Assembly: GCF_009914755.1 (NCBI RefSeq) | Contig: NC_060937.1 | Reading direction: 5' to 3' (one strand) | Origin: the human T2T-CHM13v2.0 reference genome, Homo sapiens | DNA length: 64,000 nucleotides | In this document: one piece after another, positions 1 through 13,545 of the stretch | How positions within the stretch are numbered: position 1 is the stretch's first letter | Layout of the letters: the number at the start of each line of letters is the position of its first letter | Position numbers and translations under genes: made by a program | Notes under the pieces: generated by a model | The model's database searches: none | What the model was told of the DNA's origin: nothing | The model's input: the letters and a program-made list of their open reading frames with translations, nothing else

Positions 1-1004
1 TCACTTGCAACCAAGGACCCCAAAATTAACCTTTTCTCCTTAAAAATTCCCTTCCCTGCACACTCCCACAAGCAGAGTCAGTTCATCAATCTCTTTATGT
101 AAATAGCAGTCAAGAAGCCAGGGAGGAGGTCTGTTTATTATTTTTGATCCTGTTTTGCTTCTGGCAAAATTTCACAAACACCAGAAGTTGGCAGAACATT
201 GATACTTTTTTCTGACTGGCTACTGTTCACTAGCTACAAGTGCAGAATACAACTGTAACTATTCTGGTCTACGGGCCTCAGCTATGACTGAGGACAGAAC
301 TGTAAAATCTGGAAGAAAAAAATCTCCACCCAAGACTTCTCTCTGAAAATGTGGACCCTCCTTTAATACACACTTTTCTCTCACTAGAGGATGGCTGAGT
401 TCCAGATCCACTGTCTAGAGAACAACACAGGTCTTACCCAATTCCCACGTCACTCCTTGTACTCCCTAGTGTCAGAAAAGGTCCACTGTGAAGTCACAAG
501 AGGCCCTGAGCTCTGTGGGCCCCAGGTGCCCCGGGAAAACTTGGGGGAGAATGGGCATCCCACCCCAGCACTTTCTAGGAAGAAGGGCAGCATTTTGAAG
601 GGCTGGAAGTAGAGGAAGGAGGTTGCGGGTAGAAGACTCCATACTTTCTGTGACGCCTATTCCTTAGGTAGGAACTTAGGAACCTCAGGTAGGTTCAGCA
701 ACATGCTGGATCCTGCCCTTGGGAATCCTGATGCCTTGGACATTTACTTGGGAAGCAGAGTTCTTGATAAAGAGCAGCCAGCCCTCAAGAGGGGAGTGGG
801 AGGGTAGTTAGTATAGGATGGGCACACGGCTTTGCTGCTGGTGGCACAATGAGGTCCTCCAGCAACATGAGGGGTTGGTGAGGAAGGGAGAACCAACCAG
901 GTCTATAATGATGGGAAAAAAAAAGCATAAAACATACAAATAAAAAAAAAACTTCTTGGTTCCAAGTAAACATGCCTACGTATAATTATGAAGATGACAG
1001 GGTT

Positions 1005-1268
1005 GCACAGTCAAGAATAACGTGGGCTCCCAGATCGTCCAGACTTGAGTTCAAAGCCCTGTTCCAACTCCCACTCGCTGTGTGACTTTGGGAAAGTTTA
1101 TTTAACTCCTGGAGAATTTGTTTACTCATCTGTTAGGTCTTACTATGTTTATTTTCCAGATGAGTAAACTTAACTCTTAGGTCTTTATGAAAATTAAATA
1201 AAATAGTAATATAGGTAGTGCTGAAAATAGTTCTTGGTACATCACAGTGGGTCCTCAACAAAAGTAGC
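1005..1268 (+). mobile_element. MIR SINE relic
   Basis: Core gagttcaaagccc...gctgtgtgactttgggaaagtttatttaactc and MIR-like 3' end. Confidence 0.7.
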
Positions 1269-1270
1269 TA

Positions 1271-1502
1271 CAGGTTTAGTAACCCTTATCTGAGATGCTT
1301 GGCACCAGAAGTGTTTCAGATTTGAGATGTCTAAAAATTTTGGAATATTTGCATTATATCAGTTAAGCATCCTTAATCCCCAAATCCGAAATCCAAAATA
1401 CTCCAATGGGCATTTCCTTTCAGTGTCACGTCAGTGCTCAAGAAGTTTCAGATTCTGAAGCGTTTCAGACTTTGAATTTTCTGATTAGGGTTACTCAACC
1501 TG
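1271..1502 (+). mobile_element. Tigger4a/MER46A (TcMar-Tigger MITE)
   Basis: TIRs caggtttagtaaccct / agggttactcaacctg, upstream TA, internal aatccgaaatccaaaat repeats. Confidence 0.85.
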
Positions 1503-3250
1503 CATAAGTATATTGTTACTACTTTTTAAAATGTAAACATTTCAAAGGCTCAATATTGTGGTGAGAAATATAAAAGTCAAATGACCAATCCAGACCCAAA
1601 TATTTCATCTAAGTACATCTTAAAGGTTAATAAACTCTGCTGACAACCTGCCTATCCATGACAAACCCTGAGTCTTTTCATGGGTGATTCAGTGGAAATA
1701 TTCTCCCGTAGTCAGAGGCATGGCTTGCCTGGGCCTCTGGGTGCAGCTGCACAGATTCAAGCAGCCTGAAGGAAAGGTGACTGACAGCTAATGATCTGAA
1801 AAGAACTTGTCTCAACTCAACGTCATTCCTGGCATTATCGAACAAAGCAATAAACCTCACAGAATGGAAGCTACAGTGTCCAGGGCCAGCTCTGCTAAGG
1901 TAACCAAAGACAGAGAAGGAGGCAAAAGTGACAGAAGAAACTCATGGGAAACCAACAGAAATATAATGGCTTTGGCAGAAATGCAATTATCAATTGGGAG
2001 GTGAGGAAGTAATTTTACTCTAAATGGGGGTTGGGGAGGAGGGAAAATTGGACTCTGAAACAATCTCTCTTTTACCGGTTAATGTTTTACAATTGCAGCT
2101 GCATGCCGCCAAGTTTCCTTATTATATCAAGTCAGTCTCCACTTATTGATAGCGCCCTCTTGGACAAATGTGTTTTTCCATACAACAAAACTCGATTCCA
2201 AAGGAATGATTCAGGAAAATGAAATCAGAAACATGTCAAAGTAGGAAAACTTGTCTATGCATTTTTCAGTTCTCTGAAAGATTTCAGAGGACAGAGATTC
2301 CTAATACAAGACTATAATTTCATTGGACACCTGTCTTCAAAATGACAATGCATGTGGAATTGCTCCACAAAGTGTCATGCACTACACTGGTGAAGGAATT
2401 AATATGACAACCGTTTTTCAGGGTTTCCAAGATACCATATGCAGACAGCCAATATTTTATCCTACAAAACAAGGTTTTTGCAAGGCTCAAGATTAACATG
2501 TAACTTATGATGTATAAGACTGTACTAAAGGATGTTTCTATTCTTTCTGGAGGAATTTCTAAATAGAGGGGGACTTAAGAGTATACATATTCCATAAAAT
2601 CAATAACGCAAAAGAATCCACAATGTTTAATTGTTAAGATTTTAGTCCATTAAACTCTAAGAATAAATTTCAACAAATTGATAGTGATCAGATTTGTAGG
2701 CAGTCTTTCATAGCTGAGGGATTCAACAAATATGAAGAATATTCCTCAATCAAAAGGAATGAAATCCTTAGAGGAAATGGGCAATTAAAGTTTCTTAAAT
2801 AATTCATTTGAATTAGTACGAGAGCTTAGTTTTTAAGTTGTCAAGTGGGCATTAGAAAATTTACATGCATTGTACAGCACTTTTTTTCTGTTTCTCTCCA
2901 CAAAGATATGTAAAACTGGAAAGGTTTACAAAATTAACAAAAATCTCAAAGTTAACCTCAGTTTAGAAAAATCACAAGAATTTGAGAGAGTTGAAATTTT
3001 TTTAAATATATACTCTTATTCTTTCATTCATTTTCTTTCAGCTTGTGATGAATGTTTTCTCAGTATCCTATGCTGAAAACAGGTAGATACTAATATCGAT
3101 CTTCAAGGGAGGGCTGTTGAGTATTGAATAAGACAAAAACATGGAAGCAATCAGCACCATGCTGGTAAGCAGAGGCATATCATAAAAATCAGTCTGTCTT
3201 TTTTTTTTTTTGATGTAACAAATAAAATTGGGAAATAAATATTTGATTCA

Positions 3251-3631
3251 TGTAGTGGGGGCTGAATTGCATCTCCTCAAATTCATGTGTTGAAGTCCTT
3301 GCTCCCAATACCTTAGAGTGTGAGTATATTTGAAGATAGGGCCCTTAAAGAGGTCATTAAGATAAAAGTAGATCATATGGATGGGCCCCAATCCAATACG
3401 ACTGGTGTCTTTACAAGAGGAGATTAAGACACAGACACACACAGAAGGAAGACCAGGTGAAGATAGCAAGAAGGCAGCTGTCAGCAAGCCCAGGAGAGAG
3501 GCCTCCAAAGGAACAAACCCTGCCGGCACCTTGTTCTCAACTTCCAACCTCCAGAACTGTGAAACATATTTTTGGGATTAAGTCACCCAGTCTCTGGCAC
3601 TTTATTACTGCAGCCCCAGCAAACTAAGACA
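3251..3631 (+). mobile_element. MLT1A0/MLT1B-like MaLR solo LTR
   Basis: TG...CA ends; aaattcatgtgttgaagtcct and cttccaacctccagaactgtga; ends gcaaactaagaca. Confidence 0.88.
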
Positions 3632-4489
3632 GTCATTCAAAGCATTACCATGTTTTATAATTTTTAAGTTGTTTTCCATGACGAATGTAGCACTAGCCTT
3701 TGGGCAAATTGGCTTTCCAGAACCTCAGTTACAGATTGATCCGTTCACCCCTTACATGATAGAAGAGAAAATGTAGAACCGGAAGACTTAGGTGACTTAT
3801 CTAAGATCACCCCAACCTGGGTTTGGTGGCCTCCTGCTGCCATCACTGGAGGATCAAAAATAGATATTGGATTGCTTTGAAAAGATGGCTGTTAAACCGA
3901 TATTTGGGTTCTAAGGAATACAGTTTTAAACCCAAATGTCCCATCTATTACCAGTTAATGATGTTTGCCTCAGACTTCATTCCCACCCGCTTACCCCCAC
4001 CAAGAACCTCCCGGCCCTTCGGTTTAATGTGAGGCACAGCCCTTTCCTCCAGCACTCCTGCCCTCTCAGCTCAGTATTTACCACCAAGTGATTCCGAGAG
4101 CTAGGAACACTTCCTGCCAAGGACTGTCTCTTTCACTGCTACAAGGTAAAGTTCAACGGGCTTTACTATTTATCTATAAGACCTGAAGCCTGGCCTAAAC
4201 CCACCATTTCAGGCCAGTTCAGGGCAACTTGAGAGAGAGCAACTGGTGTCCACAGGAAACCACAATTGGAAAAGGCAATGGTTTTCATTACAGTTTAAGA
4301 AAAAAAACCTCTTTTGTTTCAAATTTTCTGGAAGACATGAGGACACACACAAAAAATGTGGCATTATATATGTCTGCCATAATAAACATGATACAAAGTG
4401 TATAACTTACTCAAACATAATTTACTCTTCAGTTGATGATGCAGCAGTTTGAAGGGTCATATGTACATGGATGTTTAATAATCATTTTG

Positions 4490-4710
4490 TCTTAAATTGA
4501 GCACTTAGTATGTGCCAGACACTGTGATCTGTGTTTAATTATAGTCTCTCATTTAATCCTTGCAATAACTCTGAGACTGTTGCTCTTTTAATGCCATTTT
4601 ACCCACAGAGGAACAAAAGCTAAGAAACATTAAGTGACTCGTCCAAGGTCACTCTATGGGGATGATGTAGAGCTAGAGTTCAAATTCACGTGTACATGAC
4701 TCCAAAGCCC
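4490..4710 (-). mobile_element. MIR
   Basis: ttgagcacttagtatgtgccagacactgtg...ctcatttaatcct...ccaaggtcac. Confidence 0.75.
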
Positions 4711-4887
4711 TGAAAGTGCTCTAAATTAGAGTTATAGTAAGTTTGGAGTTTGGGTTGATGGACAACATCCCTAAGACATTCTTGATCCCACAGGAATCAA
4801 GGCTATCTGTAATCACAGGGCTATTTGAAAAAGAGAAGAAAAGGTGTCTTGAAATTCAACCAACATGTTTCAATTATTTGCTCCTAA

Positions 4888-5039
4888 GAACAACAGAAGT
4901 TTCAACATTCTGCCAACAGAGTAACTCCTGGAAGATTGGCACAGAAGAAGGCACAAGGTAAATACCCATCTCTGTACACCCCGTGCTACCATGTCGTGTG
5001 CTGCTCCAGGCAACTCCAATGGATTGGCCACCCTGGCCA
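4888..5039 (+). repeat. 152-bp dispersed direct duplication, copy 1
   Basis: 146/152 identical to 8610-8761 by manual alignment. Confidence 0.95.
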
Positions 5040-6599
5040 GTGATAACACATAAAAATTCCACTCAGTATTGGGACCAATAGATAATGAACACAGTCAGTG
5101 GAATTCCTTCGCAGGCTTCTTCAAGATATTCTGCAAGACTGATTTCCCTTCTTCTTGCCAAGATTTTTTCCTCCTTCTTCTAGGAAGTCAGTGATAAAAA
5201 TATTTAAGCAGCTTTGTCTGTCTTAGACCTTCCAACTAAAAGTACAGCAAGTGGAATGGAATGCTAATATGAGGATCCAAATTTTCAGGGAAGGAGGTCA
5301 GTAGACTTTCCTATCTGAAAGAGACCAATGGTGAAAATGAAGGTGGTTTGATGATTAAGAACCTGTTAAACATAACGCATGGGTTTACAGAAGTCCAGAC
5401 AGTAAGGGCCTTGCGATGGATTTCACACTCTATTTTGAGAAATGCATGTAGTGGGAAATGTGTTGTGTCCCTCAAAGCATCTGGAGAAGATTCTTTAATT
5501 TTCTCAAATAAGAACTCCGTCTATTTGAGTGAGAATCATTGGAATATCATTACCGCAGGATTTGTGAATCGTTCTTATTTCTTATAATAATTTTACATAT
5601 TATACATAATTTCAGGGTGGTATAACTCTCAGAGGAAAATGTGATTTTATGACTATACATACTTTTTGTATCCAGTGTGTCATTTGGTGAATATAAATGT
5701 ATATGAAATGCTACTGTTCACTCATAGAGATTGAATACTAATCAAAGGTTCCTGCTGTCCATATGTATGATTTTCAGAAGTAAGCAGGAAGGGGAGAGTT
5801 GGAATGCAGGAAGAGAATGCCTACTTCAGCTCGAAATCCTGACATGTAAATTAGGTACTTGGTGACTGCCAAGTTCCTTTCCAATCTCTCTGCATTGTTT
5901 CGCCCTTGTGTTTTATCCAACTGTTAGGAGGCAAAGCAACACAAATCATTTGTATTTTAGTAAGCTCTGCCTCTGTCAGACCTTTAAAATTCTCAGGATT
6001 CCTATGCTGTGTGAGGAAAATCATTTGACAGTCTAGCCAGACACTGTAGATCTATTTCTATTGATTTTCTTTTGCTAACAGCATTAGCATTTTCTGTAAT
6101 TTTGAAGTTATTTTCCAAGTTCTCCATTTAGATTATTTTAGATCCTAAGCTTCTGAAAAAAAAAAAAAAAAGAGAGAATTCATGTCTTTTCAAACAGTAG
6201 TATATAAATTTTCATGGTACTTGGTCCTTCCCTAGACTGCACCAGTCCAGAATGACCACCATGGTCTTGAGTGACTTCACAGTGTGGCGGCTTGGGCTAG
6301 GCAGTATGGTAATTCCCTATGCATTCTGTTGGAGTTTTTGGATGTTGTGTGATTTCTCTCCAGAAGCGTCATTCATAATGTGAATGCTAATGTGTATCTC
6401 TTTGCCAGCAGGAGGAAAAACATCTGAAGAATATATTTGTAGACTTCCTGGAAACTGATAAGTTGTCTCCATAACTAAAGCAAGCAGATTTTACTAATTA
6501 GAATTATCTACATAATTTTACTTCATTCACTTCTTTCTGTCATACTAGGAGAGCCTTTATATAACCAAAGATATTTTTGGACCATGAATTCAGAAATTC

Positions 6600-9500
6600 T
6601 CGGAGCCACCCATCAGTGCCTGAGCTTCAGTGAGTCCATATCCCATGTCACCCACGGCAAAGGAGACTCTAAGACTTCTGAAGAGTTTCTTGCTTCTTTC
6701 CTGTGGGGCAGTGACTCCACTTCCCAGCAGTAATGGAATATCCTGAATTAGCTACATTAATGTTAGAACCATTTGGACCTCACCCAGGACTTCAACTACA
6801 TTATGGTAAGACAAAGCCAGAGCTAGAAGGCAATAATTTCTTCCTTCTGGCTCAACAGTACCTATCTTGTAGAGTTATTTGAGGAATGGTTGTATTCTTG
6901 ATGTTATAATTATTAACTCTACCCATATACCGACTCAGCTTTCTGTTCTGCCTACCCAAGATAGAATCTTTGTGTGGTTGTTAATTTTCATAAAAAGATG
7001 GTCATCTGGCCTTTACTCAGTTGACTTTTAAAGTATTTGTGGCTGGCCTTTTTGGAAAACATAGAATACTTGCAATGTTCCTCTCCAAAACACAACTTCA
7101 AAGTATCTACTGCCAAATCTATGCAAGAAGTATATTCAGAGAGAATTATCTAAGGGAAGCGTAGGCCACATACTCTCCTAGATCAGCATTTCCAAAATGT
7201 GTTCCCCAGGGAAAGCTGGTTTTGCAATATGTGACTTCCCAGTATCCTGTGAAAAGTGGTTTCAAGATGAAATATACCAGTTTAAACACAGTTAAACTAC
7301 TTTGTGCAAGATTTTCCTGAGCCTTTCATAAGTCTGAATTTCCAAGGGAAAGGGAATGTAGCATTTCCAAAAATGACTTAACCACAGAAATGTTTTCTCC
7401 CTTGAATATCTGTCTAATGGGCCTAGTGTTCTGTGAAGCAGACTTATAGAAATTGCCTGTGGATAATCTCCATGCTATTTCTAGGTTAAGACAGAGAATC
7501 TGAAGACTGCATACCTGACCTCTCGTTTTTACCTACCCACCCACCCACACCCAAATATTTCTACTGGACTATAATTTATTGTGACGCCCCCATTTCCACT
7601 GCAGGATGTTATAAGAAATGAGACTCACTACTGAATTCACAGCAGGCATGGTTGAAGGCACCATTCACTATAGCTTGCAGTGTTCCCTTTATGAGATTTG
7701 TATGAGAAATTCCTCTCATAGGTCAAGTTCTTGGGAGAAAATTCTCCCAAAGAGCAAGTCCCAGGAAAATCTTGGCTGGTAAGTTCTTACCTTAAGAACA
7801 GGGAAAATCTTCCCTTGGTTGTGTTTTCCTCTTTGCTTAGATCAGGGAAGCTCAAGCCAAATTTGCAGCCCATTTTTGATTATTATTCAAGGCCTTACAT
7901 TTTATATTTCCATGTGATATATCTTCCTAGTTTTACCTCATTAATTGGCCAACATTTCTCTTTTCATCAGATTTATCTTTTTTGCAATCTTTAGTTATAT
8001 ATTCTTCTATAAATGACCTCAAATCCTCTAGGTAATGAGGTGGAATGTAAATTAATATATAGTATCTTTCCCCATACCAAAATCATATTTCAATTGCTCC
8101 AAGGGAGACAGCAAATATTTTTTATGTGGTCTTTAGATCATTCAAATATCTGGTGTGCAATGCATGTTCAGGTTCTCCTATCTTCTTAAGTCTTCTTGAT
8201 TGCCTCACTACCCTGTTGTCATAGCTAATGAAACACAGAGAAAGTGTGTACTCTTGTTAATGACATGTCTCCACTAAATCTCCATCTATTTATGTCCCTT
8301 TATATAAGAGTTTTGCCAAAACCCACTTATCATTTGTTCTCTTTTTAAATCTGTTTTAGGTCATCAATTGATACTATTAAGACCACTAGCAGTGACTGTT
8401 TTTTCTAACTTGTGTTTCTGTGTTCATGATTAATTTGCTAATGAAATGAGGAATTTTGCATTATAAGAGTTGACCATTGTCCAAAATTTGCTAAGAATTA
8501 AAGCACTGATGATTGGGGAAGGTGGGAGAGGGAAAGACATTTTAAAAAATGAATTTTTATTTACTTAAGCTAAAGTTACAGAACCCAAATTTGGCAACTG
8601 TCTGCATCTGAACAACAGAAGTTTCAACATTCTGCCAACAGAGTAACTCCTGGACGATTGGCACAGAAGAAGGCACAAGGCAAATACCCATCTCTGTACA
8701 CCCTGTGCTACTGTGTCATGTGCTGCTCCAGGCAACTCCAATGGATTGGCCACCCTGGCCAATGTGTGAGTTATAAAGCAATGATGTGTAGCTATTGAAC
8801 CTACAATTTGGTTAAAGTTAAACTCTCAAGTTTTATATGTTTACAAGCATATTGTCCTTTTGTTAATTTCCTCCCAGTACTCATTTCTTGACTTCTTTTA
8901 GTTTTACTATGTAGTAATTTTTAAAATGTTAGTCAAAGTTAGTTAATTTAATTCACTTAGCAGATTTTCCTGTAATTTTGGTTAAACAGTATCCTTTCTG
9001 TACAGGCCCTCCAAACACCAGCACTGAGTAGAAAGAGGCTCTGATTCATGAAATGTGAATTTATGACAGTTGCCACTCTTAAAAAAAAAAACAAACAGAC
9101 AGAACTTGAGCAATACATGACTGATGCATTCTCAGCCTGCTTCCTGTGTTCCATCTGTCTTTCTGCCAGTGCATTCACCCTCCAGGTTTGAAAGTAGTCG
9201 GGCAAGAAAGTACTAAACATAGAGAAAGGGCAATTCCAAAAGAACAAATGATTGTTTAATTTAGGCTGACATTACCCAGTTGCTGGGGGTATGGGCCATG
9301 GGGATGGGCCATGTTCACCACTTAGGTTGGGCAAATTCCCAAGATGCCTTTTGACATAGTAATGAGGGGGAATACATCACTCATGCCCACTGGCATTCTC
9401 TGGGGAAATTTTTAAAAGGCAGTATATCCCACTCCAGTTGAGTTCAAATCAGGTGCCATATCTACTTAAAAATAGCCTCAGATAGAATGGCAACTCAAAT

Positions 9501-10450
9501 GACAGTTTAACTTTCACTACTTTCTCGGTAGTGAAACTTTCTACATTCCACATTTTCTATCAAGAAAAGAAAGAGGTTGTATTGTGAGGTAAGAGGCACA
9601 CACACGGACTTCCTTCAGTAGCTGCAATCCTTGCTATAGGTCAGGCATCAAGACAATTCCACTTTACAGGCCTGGATTTTGGAGAAAGAAAGGTGTTTAC
9701 AAGTTTCTGTATAATTATAGTTATACTGACATTTAAATAGTTCAACAGACTGGACTTCCTAACATTCCTATTACATCGATATTAATGAAAGCATGACACA
9801 GGTTTCAAGGAAGCATGTCCAGGTATATGCTGAATGACGTAATAAGAAAAATGTAAATATGCACTGCTTTTGTCTTAAGGTAATACTTGTGATTGCAGAA
9901 TCCTAGAATGTAGAGATGATGGGGACTTCAGAGATTCTTTAATCCAAACCCTTTATTTAATGGAAGAAGGGAAAAAGGTCTAGAGAAGCTGTGACTTCTC
10001 TCAGATCACACAATAAATTAGTTGCTGAGGTAGAACAAAAACCTAACTTCCACTTTACCATTTCCTTGAGAAACTGTAGAACAATTGTAAGCCACTGATA
10101 TATTCCACATAATAAAGCCGCTCTGTTGCCTTTTTAGGTTCTAGTATGTTACGTTTATGTTCCCCTGCTTTCTACAATCCTGTTCAAAGAGTTGCTGACT
10201 TAACCACAGAGAGGATTCCAGAACCTGAGACACAGAATAAACTTGAGCAATCATAGTCCATCCACTTCATTGTCTCATCAAAAACCAAAGGTCCAGTGAA
10301 GCTCTGGAACTCAACGCTGTAAAGGAGCGAAGGAGCTTCTATACAGAGCCTGGATGCCTGTCTCCTTATCCTACTTCAGTGGACTTGACTGCAATCCGGA
10401 TTATGCTGTTTTCTAAGCATTTAAAATAAAATAAAAAGTATAATAGTGTG
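6600..10450 (+). ncRNA. STARD13-AS: Putative spliced antisense lncRNA inside STARD13 intron 1 (consistent with STARD13-AS); boundaries approximate
   Basis: Plus-strand donors ATG|GTAAGA (6805), CTG|GTAAGT (7778), GAG|GTAAGA (9588). Acceptors ccccatttccactgcag| (7605) and ttgcctttttag| (10138). Overlapping AATAAA at 10425-10435. An antisense RNA in this intron is recalled; the exon model is inferred. Confidence 0.45.
8610..8761 (+). repeat. 152-bp dispersed direct duplication, copy 2
   Basis: 146/152 identical to 4888-5039. Confidence 0.95.
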
Positions 10451-10512
10451 ATAAGTTCTTTCACAAAGCAAGCAATCACATTTATGTTTCTACTTACATT
10501 TGGGTTTTCCAA

Positions 10513-10515
<3 letters not shown>

Positions 10516-10552
<37 letters not shown>
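10516..10552. repeat. (TG)18 microsatellite
   Basis: Read directly. Confidence 0.95.
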
Positions 10553-10556
<4 letters not shown>

Positions 10557-10669
10557 AGACTTTAAACATGGTGCATCCATCATGTTGCACTAAATCAAAA
10601 CCACCAAATAATGATGTAGAACTAATAAATCAAAACCATCAAATAATGACATAGAAATCCAATTCTCCC

Positions 10670-11136
10670 ACCTTACACCCATTAAGATGGCTACTAATAA
10701 AAAAACAGAAAGTGAAATGTAGTATAGATATACAATGGAATATTATCCAGCCTTAAAAAGGAAGGCAATCCTGCCATGTGCTATAACATGGATGAACCTC
10801 AAAGACATTGTACAAAGTGAAATAAGCCAGTCACACGAAGTGAATCACTGTATGATTTCACTTATATGAGGTACTTAAAGTAGTCAAATTCATAGAGACA
10901 GAAAGTTGAATGGTGGTTGCCAAAGGCCGAGAGGAGGAGGAATGAGGAATTCTTGTTTAATGGGTATGGAGTTTCAGTTTTGCAAGATGAAAAGAGTTCT
11001 GGAGATGGATGGCGGTGATGGTTGGATATTATGAATTATGAATGTATTAAGTACCACTGAACCATACATTTAAAAATGGTTAAGATGGCAAAATTAATGT
11101 ATTGTGTATTTTACCACAATAAAAAAAATTAGAAAA
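10670..11136 (+). mobile_element. 5'-truncated L1MB-type LINE-1 3' end
   Basis: catggatgaacctcaaagacatt...ttttaccacaataaaaaaaa; TSD aaatccaattctccc at 10655-10669 and 11137-11151. Confidence 0.88.
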
Positions 11137-11855
11137 AAATCCAATTCTCCCTTTCCTTGGCCTAACATGGTCTTCCACCACCCCCAGCATCCTCTCTCCT
11201 ATCCACTCCCAAGCGCCAGTCAGTGAGGCAAATAAGGACCATTCTTATTTCCATTCTCTCTCTCTACAACAATTTCCCTATTGATTCAAGCAAGAATGTG
11301 GGGTAGGGATTATGGGCAGTATGACTTACGATAAACTTTCACTCTGCAAAACAACACCCTCTTTTAAACATCTCCTCTCTTTTGAAATGGAATTGCAACC
11401 CCAGAACTAAAAAACAGGCTAGAGAAATGATGCATGTATGTTTTGATGTGTACCCTAAGATGAGCAAGTTTAGATTCATCCTGGGTTTGGATAATGAATT
11501 CTGATTCTATGCATCATCAAAGATTCCTTTATTTCTCCTCCTTGTTTTTCCTCCCCATGAGTGTATCTGCTATTGAATCATGTGCACGCCATTCAATGAT
11601 TATCTCACTATAATGAGGTCAGTGGGGAGCAACTTACTTGTTTCCACTGTTCCCAACAACCATGAGAAATTATAAGTAATGATGTCTTAAATCAAATTAA
11701 CATAATTCTAAATCTTAAAGCTCTAAAGTAGAATAATGCAAACAATTTTAGTGATGTGGCTGTCACTTTAAGATACTAACCTGTAAACTACAGAAAATAA
11801 TGCTGTCATTAATTTTATTTGCACATGATTAATGGAATGATTAAAAGCTGTTAGT

Positions 11856-12157
11856 GACAGGGCACAATGGCTCACATTTGTAATCCCCGCACTTTGTGAG
11901 GCTGAGGTAGGAAGATCACTTGAGCCCAGGAGTTTGAGACCAGCCTGCGCAATATAGTGAGACCCTGTCTCTATAAAAAAGTTTTAAAAATTAGCCAGGC
12001 ATGGTGGCACACTCCTGTAAGTCTCAGCTACTGAGGAGGCTGAGGTGGAAGGATCGCTTGAGCCCAGGAGGTCAATGCTACAGTGAACTATGATCACACC
12101 ACTGCACTCCAGCCTCGGCGACAGAGTAAGACTCTGTCTCAAAAACAAAAAGAAAAC
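11856..12157 (+). mobile_element. AluJ-like SINE
   Basis: Dimeric Alu with A-tail; TSD aaagct(g/t)ttagt. Confidence 0.93.
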
Positions 12158-13545
12158 AAAGCTTTTAGTAAAATAACTTGACATCCTGTGTTATTGGGTA
12201 GTAACTGGTTAAAGAGAATAAAACATGTAGCACTTTGTTTCCACTAGAGAAATATAACCTGACAGGAAATTTCATAATGAGTGACCAATTCTGGTCCTAT
12301 AATATAGTGTATTGCTGTATCCTGAGTAGAAAAGTCTAAAAAGTCTCTAGTATATTATATAATCTGAAACTCAATCATAGGTTCAGTACTTTAGCACTCA
12401 TTATAAAAACTAAAAAATAGTCTAGTGTATTGCAGAGCATGGACTGTCAAGCTGTATTCAAGTATCAGTTCCTACTGGGTGACCTTGGATAAGATGCTTG
12501 AAATCTGTGTGCCTCTGTTTTCTCATCTGTAAAATGGGCATAATAAAAAAAATTAACTACAATGATTTTGGTATGCTGTAACTGTTTAATCCACATTCTC
12601 TGAAATTACAGTAAACCAATCTTCTAATACAATAAACTCAATAAAATTGTTTCGCATTGCTTTCTCATTGTCTTACTAAAGAGTTGTATGATGTTAACAC
12701 ATAATGATTTCTGAATCACAAGACTGTTGGAAATCTTTATTGCTTCCCTGTGATCTTAACTGTCAGTTTTAAGTGTTAGGCATTCATTGACTTCAAACAC
12801 TCCATTGCCCAGTATAAAAAAGAGGGAATTCTCAAATTACCTAATTAGACAAAAATGAAACATAAACTGAGGGTGCCCATATGTCTGTGTGACAGGGCAC
12901 GTTCAGTGATAGTGCATGTGTTCACAACTTCAAATCTTGAATGGAAAAATAACCCTCATTCCAAAAAGAACATAAATAATATTTAAATAAAATAAATTAT
13001 TGTAAATACATCTAAGGAGGTCTGCAAAGCAATTTCAGCTAGTTCTCTGCAATATTTCTCATATGATATGCATGCTGAGGAACATTTATATCTTGTAGAT
13101 GATAGCGCATCATTAAGCCTCGGTGTTCATAAAGATGATGGCATTTGGAAAGGCACCATTGTCAGAAATTTCTAAAACCAAAGTGGAGCTGGTTTTTATT
13201 CTAAGCCTAAAGTATTTTTAAATCTAGCCACAGGGAAATAATTACTTTTGTTTCTATTCAATCAAGACCTGGACACAGAGTTTATGCAATGACATAATAT
13301 CCTTCCTGAAATCAGACCAGCATGTAGGAAGGACCAGCATCCTTCACACATAACTAGTTCCTGAACCTTTACAAACAAATCCTAATTTCCAAGGAAACAA
13401 TCTCATCAAATGCTGCCCGCTAGAATACATATTGTTCTTTCTGGAAACATTACAATAAGATTTTCATGATTACAAACCCCAACTTCCTCTTTAATATTCA
13501 ATATAATCTTAAACTCATTTATTTAAGTGGAAACTGTATTTTTAT

